Assembly: GCA_963846435.1 (NCBI GenBank)
Contig: CAWJVX010000001.1
Span: 6,992 to 70,991, forward strand
Direction: 5' to 3'
DNA length: 64,000 nt
From: an uncultured Gemmatimonadales bacterium
GTDB taxonomy: Bacteria > Gemmatimonadota > Gemmatimonadetes > Gemmatimonadales > GWC2-71-9
In this document: positions 10,051-19,920 of the stretch, one piece after another
How the letters are laid out: each line of letters starts with the position of its first letter
Numbering within the stretch: position 1 is the first letter of the stretch
Notes under the pieces: model-generated
Told to the model about the DNA's origin: nothing
The model's database searches: none
The model's input: only the letters and a program-made list of their open reading frames with translations
Translations under genes and position numbers: made by a program

Positions 10051-10905
10051 ATGACCTACGTCATCGTCCAGACGCTGAATGGGTTGTTTTCCGCAGCCCT
10101 CCTGTTCCTGATCGCGAGTGGTCTGACCCTCGCCTTCGGCGTTATGAAGATCGTCAACATCGCGCATGGGTCGTTCTACATGCTCGGTGTGTACGTCGCC
10201 TACAGCGTGATCCTGCGGACGCAGAGCCTCCTGCTCGGCGCCGTCGTCGCCATGCTCGTCGTCGGCGCCGTGGGCTTCGTCATGCAGCGCTTCTTCCTGC
10301 GCCGGTTTGGAAACGACCCGCTCGCCCAGATGATGATGACGATGGGGTTTGCGTTGCTGTTCAGAGACGCGGCGTTGATGATCTGGGGTGGAGATCCATT
10401 CACACTGCAGTACCCGGGACCGCTGCGTGGATCGCTGGAAGCCGGCGATGTCGTGTTCCCGTTTTACCGGTTGTTCGTGATCGTCGTGGCCGCGCTGGTC
10501 GGCGTGGCGCTCTGGGCGGTCAACGAGAAGACGCTGATTGGCGCGCGCCTGCGCGCCACCGTGGACGACCCGGAAATGGCGTCAGCCACCGGGATCAACG
10601 TGGCGCGGCTGTCGGGCCTGGTGTTCGCGGCGGGGGCCGCGCTTGCCGCGTTCGGGGGCGTGATGGGCGGCCCCATCCTCGGCGGCTACGCGGGCATCGA
10701 TTTCGACCTGCTCCCGCTGGCGTTCGTCGTGGTGATCATCGGCGGCATGGGCAGCTTGAAGGGCGCACTGGTCGGCAGCATCGTCGTCGGCATGATCGAC
10801 AACTTCGGCAAGGCGCTCGCCCCTGAGCTGTCGTACTTCACGCTGTTCGCGCCGATGGTGGTCGTGCTGGCGGTCAAGCCGACCGGGTTGTATGGACGTG
10901 CGTAG
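10051..10905 (+). CDS. livH: Branched-chain amino acid ABC transporter permease (LivH family)
   Basis: 284-aa polytopic ORF. Typical LivH start (QTLNGLFSAALLFLIASGLTLAFGVMKIVNIAHG) and GGMGSLKGALVGS near the C-terminus. Confidence 0.85.
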   Translation: MTYVIVQTLNGLFSAALLFLIASGLTLAFGVMKIVNIAHGSFYMLGVYVAYSVILRTQSLLLGAVVAMLVVGAVGFVMQRFFLRRFGNDPLAQMMMTMGFALLFRDAALMIWGGDPFTLQYPGPLRGSLEAGDVVFPFYRLFVIVVAALVGVALWAVNEKTLIGARLRATVDDPEMASATGINVARLSGLVFAAGAALAAFGGVMGGPILGGYAGIDFDLLPLAFVVVIIGGMGSLKGALVGSIVVGMIDNFGKALAPELSYFTLFAPMVVVLAVKPTGLYGRA

Positions 10906-11563
10906 GCTGGTGATCGTCGCGCTGGCGGTTGTGCTGCTGGTCGCGCCGTTCGCGTTCTCGTCCTACTGGGTGGGGCTGCTCACCGAGATCACGATCCTGG
11001 CGATGCTGGCGATGAGCCTTGACATCCTGCTCGGATACACCGGGCTGCCGTCGCTCGGCCACGCGTCGCTTTTTGGCGTCGCAGCCTACGCCGTGGGAGT
11101 GTTCTCGACCACCTACCAGATGGGATTCTGGAGCTGCGTGCTCGGCGGCATCGTCGTCGGCGTCCTGCTGAGCGCTGCGATCGGGCTGGTCGTCTCGCAC
11201 GTCAGGGACGTGTATTTCCTGATGATCACGCTGGCCATTGGCATGGTGTTGTGGGGTCTGAGCTACCGGTGGATCCCCGTGACGGGCGGAGACAACGGGC
11301 TGAGCGGGATCCCGCGGCTCGAACTTCACGCCGGCCTGCCTTTTGCGGGACCGAACACGTTCTACTACATCGCCCTGACGGTGTTTGCGGTGTCAGCGCT
11401 GGCGATCGCGATTCTCGTCCGATCGCCGTTCGGGCTGACGCTGCGTGGGATTCGTGAGAACGAAGCGCGGATGAAGAGCCTCGGCTTCAACACCTGGCTG
11501 CATTGCTATCTGAGCTTCATCGTGTCCGGGTTTTTCGCCAGCGTGGCCGGCATCCTGTGGTGA
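10892..11563 (+). pseudogene. livM: Branched-chain amino acid ABC transporter permease (LivM family), 3'-truncated
   Basis: Motifs ILLGYTGLPSLGHASLFGVAAY and LRGIRENEARMKSLGF are typical. The ORF stops at 223 aa, about 90-100 residues short of the usual C-terminus. No livG/livF follows, and unrelated sequence begins right after. Confidence 0.7.
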
Positions 11564-11574
11564 TACACCCCGAT

Positions 11575-12215
11575 AATGCTGGCCACCAGCGCCTACCTCG
11601 AGCCGGAGGCCGAGGCGGGCTTCAACGCGGTCGATGGCCCGGCGAGCCGACCGGCCAGGCCGAAGCCCATCATCGCCGCCCGCGACCCCCGGTGACGTCG
11701 ACCTGGTCGTCGACGTCGGTGGTGCGGGAACGGTGCGCTGCTGGAGGCCCTGGCCGACCCAGGGAGCCGCGGCTCCGCGGCCTCTGGGCGAACTCCGGCG
11801 GGACGTCGCGGCCGAGGCGGCACAGCGGATGGCGGCGGCCGGTCTCGCAGACCGCCGCAACACCGCCGTTGCCGACTTCTTCGCGCGTGTGCCCGGGGGC
11901 GGAGACGCCTACGTCCTGGTCCAGCATCCTCCACGACTGGGGCGACGACGACTGTCTCCGCATGGGGCGGGGTCGGCGGCACGCCGCGATGGCGCCGGGC
12001 ACTGGGTTGGCGAGGATCTTGGAGAAGGTCCTGGACCCCGACCCCGCGCGTCCCGCGCGGGAGCAGGCCGAGCTGCACCTCGTCGACCTGCACATGCTGG
12101 TGCTGTTCGCGGGTTGCGCACGCAGCTCCGACGAGTACGCCGCCCGGCCACCAAGGCCGGGTTCGACCCGCCCGTCGTGCACGCGCCTGTCCGCTCCCTG
12201 GAACACCATTCAGCT
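11575..12215 (+). pseudogene. Class I SAM-dependent O-methyltransferase (Methyltransf_2-like) fragment, lacks N-terminus, several frameshifts
   Basis: Motifs are scattered over three frames: YLEPEAEAGFNAV, DLVVDVGGAGT, AAAGLADR..VADFFARVPGGGDAYVL, ILHDWGDDDCLR, AELHLVDLHMLVLFAG..SSDEY. Local GC is visibly higher than in the flanks. Confidence 0.55.
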
Positions 12216-12291
12216 TGACCCGTCCGTCGATTACGACGGGTCAGCGTGTGGGTGTACGCATGTTCACTGAAACGGGCTAGCGTGCGCCGCC

Positions 12292-12745
12292 ATGACCACG
12301 ACTCGTGCCGAGCAGCCGGCGGTACCCGGCCTCGCCCGCAGGCGCTCTCCCGCGGCTGTCCGAGGTGGCCGACGAGCTGGTCGCGCGCACGGGCGGGACA
12401 GATCCAGCTCCTCGGTGGTCGCGGACCGCGTCCAGAGGATCACCCGGCGCGGCTGGCCCTGGCGCTCGGTGCGCCGAGCTGCCACGGGGTCCACCGGGGC
12501 ATCGCGGCCGCGGTGTACGGCGGCCTCAGCCTCGGCCTGCGCGCCGCGTCGGCCGGGCTGGACAAGGTGGCCGCGACCGGCACCAGCCCTCGGCTGGAGG
12601 GTGATGCCCGCGGCCGGTTCGTCAGCTCGGCCGTGAACGGCCTGATCGGGGACCGGCTGGTCCGGCAGCTGCTGCGCAGCTGGCGATCCCAATGGCGGTG
12701 CGGGCGCACGGGAGCGACGTACCCCTGGCATGACCTTGCTGCGCT
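12292..12745 (+). pseudogene. Fragmentary ORFs resembling the N-terminal region of an actinobacterial-type alpha/beta hydrolase (tentative)
   Basis: Peptide GVHRGIAAAVYGGLSLGLRAASAGLDKVAATGTSPRLEGDARGRFVSSAVNGLIGDRLVR, then LAIPMAVRAHGSDVPL in another frame. Assigned from memory of the family only. Confidence 0.3.
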
Positions 12746-12764
12746 GGCCCAACAGGTGACCACC

Positions 12765-13230
12765 GCGCCACTGGTGCGCGCCGACATGCGCAGCTGCCGA
12801 TCTGTCCGGCTCCATGGACCTGACCGTCAACCTTTTCACCAGCTCTTGGATATTTCGAGCAGGATGCGGAGCACACCGCTGCGCTCGGGGAGATGATCAC
12901 CACCGTGCGTCCGGGCGGCTGGTTCGTGATCGACTTCCTGAACCCGGCTGCCGTTCGGCGCCAACTGGTGCCGGAGGAGACGCTCGAGCTCGGAGGATCG
13001 ACGGTGCGGGTGTCGCGCTCGGTGTCGGCCGACGGGCGGTATGTCTGCAAAAGCATCCGTGGGGCAGGGGGGCGACACTTCAGTGAGCGGGTTCGCCTGT
13101 TCGAGCCCCAACAGATGGCAGACATGCTGGAGTCGGCCGGGGTGAGGGTACACTTCCGTTTCGGTGACTATCATGCCGCCCCGCTCACCTCGAGCTCCCC
13201 CCGACCCTTCTGGTGGGACAGGTCGGATGA
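12765..13230 (+). pseudogene. Class I SAM-dependent methyltransferase, 5'-truncated (SAM motif I missing) with frame breaks
   Basis: LVRADMR..DLTVNLFTS / GYFEQDAEHTAALGEMITTVRPGGWFVIDFLN..FGDYHAAPL. The C-terminus ..SSP/TLLVGQVG* is reached only after a shift in the C6 run 13197-13202. Its TGA would overlap the bshC ATG (ATGA at 13227-13230). Confidence 0.6.
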
Positions 13231-14756
13231 CACTCCGAATAGTGCCGACGCCGCTTCCGCCCGCGGTCGAGCTTCCCGCACCGCGGGAGGGGCCCTTCGA
13301 CCCCGCACTGGCCGCCGCGATCATCCCCTCTCCCGCCCGGGACACTGCCGTGGCGCGCCTCAGCGAGCCGGGTGCTTTCGTGGTCACGACCGGACAGCAG
13401 CCGGGACTCTTCACCGGTCCGCTCTACACCCTCTACAAAGCCATCTCCACAGCAGCCCTGGCCCGGGTACTCGAGCGCCAGTGGCAGCGCCCCGTGGTCC
13501 CGGTCTTCTGGGTAGCCGGGGACGATCACGATTTCGCCGAGGCCAGCCAAGCGAGCTGGATCTCGGGCGAGGGGGCCGTAGTCACGGCCGCGCTTCCGCC
13601 GCGGCTCCCGGAGGCCCCCCTCACCCCGATGTACCGTCAACCGCTGGGCTCTGAGGTGGAGCACGCTCTCGAGACGCTGGCCGCGGGCCTGCCGGCATCC
13701 GAGTTCCGCGAAGCGACGCTCAGCTGGCTCCGGAAGCACTATCAGCCCGGGGCAACGGTGGCGGAGAGCTTCGGGGGTGCGCTGGCCGAGCTGCTGGCTC
13801 CGGTGGGGGTCGCCGTCCTGGACAGCACCCATCCCAGCGTCAAACGCGCCGCGGCCCGGCACCTGGTGCGGGCACTCGGACTCGCGCGGGAGCTCGATCG
13901 CGATCTGGCCCATCGGTCGGAAGAGCTGCGAATGGCCGGTGTAGACCCCGGCGTGCCGGTAGGTGACGGCGCGAGCCTGGTGATGCTGGAGGGGACGTTA
14001 GGGCGGGATCGCCTGATGCTCGACGATGGCGGGTTCGTGACCCGCCGTGGCCGCGAGCGATTCGACCTGGCGGCGCTCCAGAGTATTGCGGCCACCGACC
14101 CGCAGCGGCTCTCCCCCAACGTGCTGCTGCGCCCGGTCGTCGAGAGCGCTCTGCTCCCCACGGTGGCCTACCTGGCCGGGCCCGGCGAGCTGAGCTACCT
14201 GACCCTCACGCCCCCGATATACGAGCGGATGCGCATCCCTCGCCAGCTGGCCCTTCCTCGCTGGTCGGGCATTCTGGTCGAGCCGCGGGTGGAGCGGGTA
14301 CTGCAGAAATTCAACCTCGAGCTGGCCGATCTGCTGGAGCCCGCCGGGGCGCTGGAGGCGAAGCTGGTGCGCTCCCAGCTGCCGGAGGGGGCGGTCCACG
14401 CCATCGACCAGTTGCGAACGGCCCTCGAGTCGGGCTACGAGGCGCTAGGGCGCAGCGCGGCCGAGATCGATCCGACTCTCTTGCGGCCGGTGCAGGGGGC
14501 CAAGCACCAGGGGCTGAGCGGGGTGAACGACATGGAGCGGAAGCTCATGCAGCATCTCAAGCGGCGGCAGGAAATCGAGCTGGGCCAGATCGCCAAGGCC
14601 CGCGCCATGGTGCTGCCCGACAACAAGCCTCAGGAGCGGGTTCTCACCGTGGCGCCGTTTCTAGCCCGTTACGGCCCCCGTCTTCTCTTCGAGCTCAGCG
14701 AAGCCATCGAAGCGTGGTATGCCTCCGCCCTTGAGGGCGCCTTGAATCCGTCATAG
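13227..14756 (+). CDS. bshC: Bacillithiol biosynthesis cysteine-adding enzyme BshC
   Basis: Family hallmarks VVTTGQQPGLFTGPLYTLYKAISTAALA, FWVAGDDHDF, PNVLLRPVVESALLPTVAYLAGPGELSYL. Internal Met 13227 preferred over the ORF-track start 13164. Confidence 0.85.
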   Translation: MTLRIVPTPLPPAVELPAPREGPFDPALAAAIIPSPARDTAVARLSEPGAFVVTTGQQPGLFTGPLYTLYKAISTAALARVLERQWQRPVVPVFWVAGDDHDFAEASQASWISGEGAVVTAALPPRLPEAPLTPMYRQPLGSEVEHALETLAAGLPASEFREATLSWLRKHYQPGATVAESFGGALAELLAPVGVAVLDSTHPSVKRAAARHLVRALGLARELDRDLAHRSEELRMAGVDPGVPVGDGASLVMLEGTLGRDRLMLDDGGFVTRRGRERFDLAALQSIAATDPQRLSPNVLLRPVVESALLPTVAYLAGPGELSYLTLTPPIYERMRIPRQLALPRWSGILVEPRVERVLQKFNLELADLLEPAGALEAKLVRSQLPEGAVHAIDQLRTALESGYEALGRSAAEIDPTLLRPVQGAKHQGLSGVNDMERKLMQHLKRRQEIELGQIAKARAMVLPDNKPQERVLTVAPFLARYGPRLLFELSEAIEAWYASALEGALNPS

Positions 14757-14765
14757 ACTCGACTC

Positions 14766-15047
14766 ATGTCGATTATAGCTCTCATTCTTCTCGTGGCCCT
14801 GCTCATCCCGATCATGGGGATCGTGGTGGACTCACCGATCGGCCGAGCGCTTGCCCGCCGTCTCGAGGGCCCGCAGGCGACGCCGCCTGCATTGGCCGAC
14901 CTGGCGAAAAAGGTGGAGTTGTTGGAGGCGGAGGTCGACGATCTCATGCGTAGCGTCCAGGGCCTGCAGGACGAGAACGCGTTTCTGCAGCGCCTGCTCG
15001 AAGATCCGTCGCAGCGTTCGACCCTCCCACCTCCACGGACTTCCTGA
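14766..15047 (+). CDS. Small membrane-anchored coiled-coil protein, unknown function
   Basis: 93 aa. N-terminal TM helix (IIALILLVALLIPIMGIVV) followed by a heptad-like segment (LADLAKKVELLEAEVDDLMRSVQGLQDENAFLQRLL). Confidence 0.5.
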   Translation: MSIIALILLVALLIPIMGIVVDSPIGRALARRLEGPQATPPALADLAKKVELLEAEVDDLMRSVQGLQDENAFLQRLLEDPSQRSTLPPPRTS

Positions 15048-15082
15048 CGGAACAACCCCGTCGGCCCCGCCGTCCCGCGGCC

Positions 15083-16622
15083 ATGGTGGCCGCGGGCATT
15101 CTGCTGAGCCGGATTCTGGGCCTGGTCCGGAACCGGGTTTTTGCTCACTACTTCGGTACGTCAGCCGCGGCGGACGCCTTCAATGCCGCGTTCAAGCTCC
15201 CCAACTTCCTTCAAAACCTGTTCGGTGAGGGAGTGCTCTCCGCCTCCTTCATCCCGGTCTATGTCAGGCTGCTGCAACGGGACCGGGACGAGGCGCGGCG
15301 GGTAGCCGTTGCGGTCGGCGCCCTCCTCGCGCTGGCTACCTCGATCGTGGTGCTGTTGGGGGTCCTGCTCACCCCGGTGCTGGTCACGATTTTCACCCCG
15401 GGCTTCGATGGTGAAAAGCGCGACGCCACCATCCGGCTGGCCAGGATCTTTTTCCCAGGCACCGGGTTCCTGGTTCTTTCCGCCTGGTGCCTCGGCGTGC
15501 TCAACAGCCACGGGCGTTTCTTCCTCTCTTATGCCGCGCCGGTAGTGTGGAACCTGACGATCATCGGCGTCCTCCTGGGCTTTGGCGATACGGCTGCGGG
15601 ATACCGGCTTGCGCAGGTCGCCGCCTGGGGATCGGTGGCAGGCAGCGTCCTCCAGTTCGGAATCCAGCTGCCCACCGTACTCGGTCTGCTCGGCCGGGTG
15701 GCGCCCTCGATCCGACAGGGGGCCGAGGCGGTTCGAACGGTGCTCCGCAATTCGGTTCCGGTCTTCGTGGGGCGAGGGGTGGTGCAGATCAGCTCCTATG
15801 TGGATACGGTCATTGCGAGCTTTCTGCCCACCGGTGCCGTTGCGGCGATTTCCTACGCGCAGGTGATCTATACCCTGCCGGTGAGCCTGTTCGGCATGTC
15901 GGTCTCTGCCGCGGAGCTGCCCGCGATGTCCGGGGTCAGTGGGGACGAGAGCGAGCGGGCCGACGCAGCTTCGCTCCCGGCTCGATGCAGGACTGCGGCA
16001 GATCGCGTTCTTTGTAATTCCGTCCGCGGTGGCCTTCCTGGCCCTGGGTGACGTCGTGGCAGGCGCCCTCTATCAAACCGGAGCCTTTACCCGACAGATG
16101 TCGGTATACGTCTGGGCCATTCTGGCCGGCTCAGCCATCGGGCTCCTGGCCTCAACCTGGGGCCGGCTCTATGCCTCCACCTACTATGCACTCCAGGACA
16201 CCCGGACCCCGCTGCGTTTCGCGATCATCCGCGTGGCGCTGACCATCGTGCTGGGGTACCTGTTTGCCATTCCCCTCCCGCTGCGGCTCGGCATCGACCC
16301 GCGCTGGGGAGCGGCGGGGCTTACGATATCGGCCGGCATGGCGGGGTGGATCGAGTTTCACCTGCTTCGCCGGGGACTTCTGCCCCGGCTGGGATCGACG
16401 CGGATTCCGGTCTCCTTTGTCGCCCGGCTCTGGGGCGGTGCCCTTGCGGCGGCCGCGGCGGCCTGGGTCGTGAAGCTCGCGCTGGAAGGCCGCCACCCCC
16501 TGGTCGTGGCGTTATTTTCCCTGAGCATGTACGCTGTCGCCTACCTTGCCATCACCGCCACCCTGGGCGTGCCGCACACCTGGCGACTCCTGAGCCGAGT
16601 AGGGTGGCGCAGAGGGGCCTGA
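15083..16622 (+). CDS. murJ: Lipid II flippase MurJ, apparent frameshift near 15940-15965
   Basis: GILLSRILGLVRNRVFAHYFGTSAAADAFNAAFKLPNFLQNLFGEGVLSASFIPV. ORFs 15083-16051 and 15939-16622 join as ..AAELPAMSG..// ..LRSRLDAGLRQIAFFVIPSAVAFL. Confidence 0.85.
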
Positions 16623-16632
16623 GCGAAAAACT

Positions 16633-18456
16633 GTGACCACTCCCGTCATACCAGAAGAACTCCAACGGAAACTCGACACGCTTCCGGAAGGGCCCGGTGT
16701 GTACCTCTGGCGAGGTAGTGACGGGGAGGTGTTGTACGTTGGAAAGGCTAAGCGTCTCCGCAACAGAGTCCGCAGTTACTTCGCCACCGATTTTCCGGAT
16801 AGCCCCAGGAACCGTCTGCTCCAACGGCTCATCGCCAACGTGGATACAATCGTCGTGCCGAGCGAGGCCGGCTCGCTCATTCTGGAGAACAATTTCATCA
16901 AGGAGTACCGGCCCCGGTTCAACGTCCGGCTGAAGGACGACAAGAGCTATCCATCCATCGCGGTGACGCTGGGTGAGCCCTTTCCCCGGGTGCTGGTGAC
17001 GAGAAAGCGCGACATTGCCGGCGCCCGCTATTTCGGGCCCTACACCGACGTGGGACAGCTGCGGCGGACGCTGGCGATTATCCGCCGGCTCTACACCGTC
17101 CGGAGCTGCCAGGACAAGTTGCCGGAGGAGCGCCGCCAGCGGCCCTGTCTGGACTTCTACATCGGACGCTGCCGCGCTCCCTGCATGGGCTGGCACGATT
17201 TGCCCGACTACCAACGCATGGTCACCGACGTGGTCGAGTTTCTCGAGGGCAGGACCCAGGATGTCCGGGTCCGGGTCCGGCAGGCGATGCTCGAGGCCAG
17301 TGAACGGGAGGACTTCGAGCGGGCTCGGGAGATGAGAGACGCGCTCCGTTGGCTGGACCGGCTCGACGAGCCGGCGAGCGTCGAGGTAATGGGGACTGGC
17401 GACGCCGATGTGATCGGTTATGCCCGAGACGGGGACGACGCCGTTGGAGTTCTCATCCGCGTTCGCAGCGGCCGGGTGGTTGCACGGGAGCACCGATTCC
17501 TCGAGGGGGTCGAGGAGGAGGAGGACAGCGCTGTGCTGAGCGCGTTCCTGGTGCGCTACTACGTCCCGGTCGAAGGCCGGGTTCGCCGGCTGGTCATCCC
17601 CCTGCCTCCGGACGAGTGGGATACCCTGCGCGAGCTGCTCCCGGACACCGATTGGCTGGTGCCCCAGCGTGGGACGGCCCAACGCTGGCTGGAGCTGGCG
17701 GATCAGAACGCCAGGCATCTGATGGAGAGCCTGCGGATCGAGTCGTTTGAAACCGAGGAGAGAGCGGAGGATCCGGTCTACTCACTGGGTCGCGACCTCG
17801 GGCTCAGCATCGTTCCTCGCAGCTTCGTCTGCGTGGACATCTCCCACAATCAGGGTCGGGACACGGTGGGCTCGCTGGTATGGTTCGAAGCGGGCCGGCC
17901 GCGGAAGAGCGAGTACCGCAAGTTCAAGATCAAAGGGGTTGGCCAGCAGGATGATTACGCCGCGATTCAGGAGGTCCTGACCCGCTACCTGACTCGACGG
18001 CGCGACGAGCAGCTGCCGTTTCCGGATCTGATCGTGATCGACGGTGGTAAGGGGCAGCTCAGCGCCGCGATCGAGGCGACCACGCAGCTCGGCCTGCCGG
18101 AGCTGCCGATCGTGAGCCTGGCCAAGCGGGAGGAGGAGGTCTTCCTTCCTGGCCGCGCCGACAGCCTGCGCCTCCCGCGCCGCAGCCCCTCGCTTCGGCT
18201 GCTTCAGCGGGCCCGAGACGAGGCGCATCGATTCGGGCTGGCCTACAACCGGAAGCGGCGGACCCAGCGCACAATCACATCCGAGCTGCTCAGCATCCCC
18301 GGTGTCGGTCCCACCAAGCGTCGCCGGCTCCTGGAGCGTTTTGGCAGCCTGGCGGGCGTCAGATCGGCTTCTGTTGGCGAGGTCGCCTCGGTGCCTGGGT
18401 TTTCAACCCGCCTGGCAGAACGAATTCTGGAGCATCTGAAGGCGAACGGGCGATAA
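16633..18456 (+). CDS. uvrC: Excinuclease ABC subunit C
   Basis: GIY-YIG motif GVYLWRGSDGEVLYVGKAKRLRNRVRSYF, UVR domain, endonuclease domain and C-terminal HhH (LLSIPGVGPTKRRRLLERFGSL). Confidence 0.95.
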   Translation: MTTPVIPEELQRKLDTLPEGPGVYLWRGSDGEVLYVGKAKRLRNRVRSYFATDFPDSPRNRLLQRLIANVDTIVVPSEAGSLILENNFIKEYRPRFNVRLKDDKSYPSIAVTLGEPFPRVLVTRKRDIAGARYFGPYTDVGQLRRTLAIIRRLYTVRSCQDKLPEERRQRPCLDFYIGRCRAPCMGWHDLPDYQRMVTDVVEFLEGRTQDVRVRVRQAMLEASEREDFERAREMRDALRWLDRLDEPASVEVMGTGDADVIGYARDGDDAVGVLIRVRSGRVVAREHRFLEGVEEEEDSAVLSAFLVRYYVPVEGRVRRLVIPLPPDEWDTLRELLPDTDWLVPQRGTAQRWLELADQNARHLMESLRIESFETEERAEDPVYSLGRDLGLSIVPRSFVCVDISHNQGRDTVGSLVWFEAGRPRKSEYRKFKIKGVGQQDDYAAIQEVLTRYLTRRRDEQLPFPDLIVIDGGKGQLSAAIEATTQLGLPELPIVSLAKREEEVFLPGRADSLRLPRRSPSLRLLQRARDEAHRFGLAYNRKRRTQRTITSELLSIPGVGPTKRRRLLERFGSLAGVRSASVGEVASVPGFSTRLAERILEHLKANGR

Positions 18457-18488
18457 GTCCCTGCTGTTCCGCCTTACCGCCTTACCGT
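18439..18488. repeat. Weak member of the tandem-repeat hairpin family (CCGCCTTA x2 with partial upstream complement)
   Basis: ccgccttaccgccttaccgtc (18469-18488) is partly complementary to aaggcgaacgggcgataag (18439-18457), which encodes the last uvrC codons and stop. About 11/17 pairs only. Confidence 0.35.
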
Positions 18489-18503
18489 CTATATTCTAAG
18501 TCT

Positions 18504-19817
18504 ATGCCTGATGGACGCTTTGCGATTCTGGATCCGGTCGCCGGCATCAGCGGGGACATGCTGCTGGGCGCCCTCCTGGCCGCGGGAGCGCCGCCGGAAT
18601 GGCTGCGATCGCTTCCCACTCGGCTCGGCTTCCCCGGCGTCACCGTCCGGGTGGGTTCGGTGGATCGCTGCGGGGTGCAGGCGACGAAGGTGGACGTGTG
18701 CCTCCCCGATGGCAGCCGGGAAGGACCTTCAGCAGTCGTCGACGCGCCCGCGCACGATCATCCGCATGGGCACGTTCATCCGGGCAGCGACGGGCACGGG
18801 CAAGACCACGGACCGCATCGCCACATCGGTGAGCTGATCGCCATCGTGGAACGAGCCAAACTCTCCCCCTGGGTGCGTGAGCGGGCCGTGCGCGCGTTCC
18901 GGCTGCTGGGCGAGGCCGAGGGTCGGGTCCACGGCCTCCCGGCCGACCAGGTCCCCTTGCACGAGGTCGGCGCCATCGATGCGTTGATCGATATTGTCGG
19001 GGGGATCGAAGGATTCGAACAGCTGGGCATTACCCGGATCTACAATCGTCCGGTGGCGATCGGGAGCGGCTGGGTTCGAGCCGCGCACGGGATCATGCCG
19101 GTTCCAGCCCCCGCCACCGCCATCCTGCTCGAGGGGCTGGAGCTGGGGCAGAATGGGCCGGTCCTGGGTGAGGCCACCACTCCGACCGGGGCCGTCCTGC
19201 TGAGAGTACTGTCTGCCGGCCCGCCACCGGCCCGCTGGCGTGCGGCTGGAGGCGGGGCCTGGGGAGCGGGGGGCCGCGACCCCAAGGACTATCCCAACGC
19301 TCTCCGGCTGATCCTCGCCACCGCCGCGCTCGAGGCCGGCGAGGTGGTTCTACTGTCCACTGATCTGGACGATCTGAGCCCCGAGTTTCTCGATCCGCTG
19401 CGCGAGGCGCTCTTTTTGGCAGGAGCGCTCGACGTTCAGGTGTGGACTACCCAGATGAAGAAGGGGAGGGCGGGCTTCCGGGTCGAGGTGACCGTGGCCC
19501 CTGCCGAGGCCGACAGGGCGGCCGAAGCCATGTTCCGGCACAGTACCACCGCGGGCATTCGCCGGTACAGCGCGGAGCGGGTGACCCTGGCCCGCCGCGA
19601 GGTGGAAGTGACCACCGCGGACGGAGCTTCTGTTCGCGTCAAGGTCCTGGATGGGCCGGACGGACCTAGAGTCAAGCCGGAATACGAGGACGTGGCCGCG
19701 CTGGCCCGCCGAACTGGCAGACCAGCCCATGAGGTGGCAAGGGACTTGCAATCCAGGGCTCTCCGTCTGGTGAGCGCCGATAATGCCGGGCCGGTGGCCC
19801 CGAACAAGGAGTCATAA
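18504..19817 (+). CDS. larC: Nickel-pincer cofactor biosynthesis protein LarC (DUF111 nickel insertion protein)
   Basis: N-terminus ILDPVAGISGDMLLGALLAAGAP, His-rich Ni-binding stretch DHPHGHVHPGSDGHGQDHGPHRH, HEVGAIDALIDIVG. Confidence 0.85.
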   Translation: MPDGRFAILDPVAGISGDMLLGALLAAGAPPEWLRSLPTRLGFPGVTVRVGSVDRCGVQATKVDVCLPDGSREGPSAVVDAPAHDHPHGHVHPGSDGHGQDHGPHRHIGELIAIVERAKLSPWVRERAVRAFRLLGEAEGRVHGLPADQVPLHEVGAIDALIDIVGGIEGFEQLGITRIYNRPVAIGSGWVRAAHGIMPVPAPATAILLEGLELGQNGPVLGEATTPTGAVLLRVLSAGPPPARWRAAGGGAWGAGGRDPKDYPNALRLILATAALEAGEVVLLSTDLDDLSPEFLDPLREALFLAGALDVQVWTTQMKKGRAGFRVEVTVAPAEADRAAEAMFRHSTTAGIRRYSAERVTLARREVEVTTADGASVRVKVLDGPDGPRVKPEYEDVAALARRTGRPAHEVARDLQSRALRLVSADNAGPVAPNKES

Positions 19818-19920
19818 AGAGTGAAAATCGAGAATCCTGTCCGCCGCAATCCTGCTCGGAACTTTCAGCAGCGCGCCGGTACTGGCTCAAACGGTCATCA
19901 ACGATCGGGTCGCCAAGGCG

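Noticed and set aside
18760-18830. The His-rich tract in LarC as another translated repeat element.
   Set aside because: His-rich nickel-binding segments are a normal LarC feature, and the DNA shows no inverted-repeat structure.
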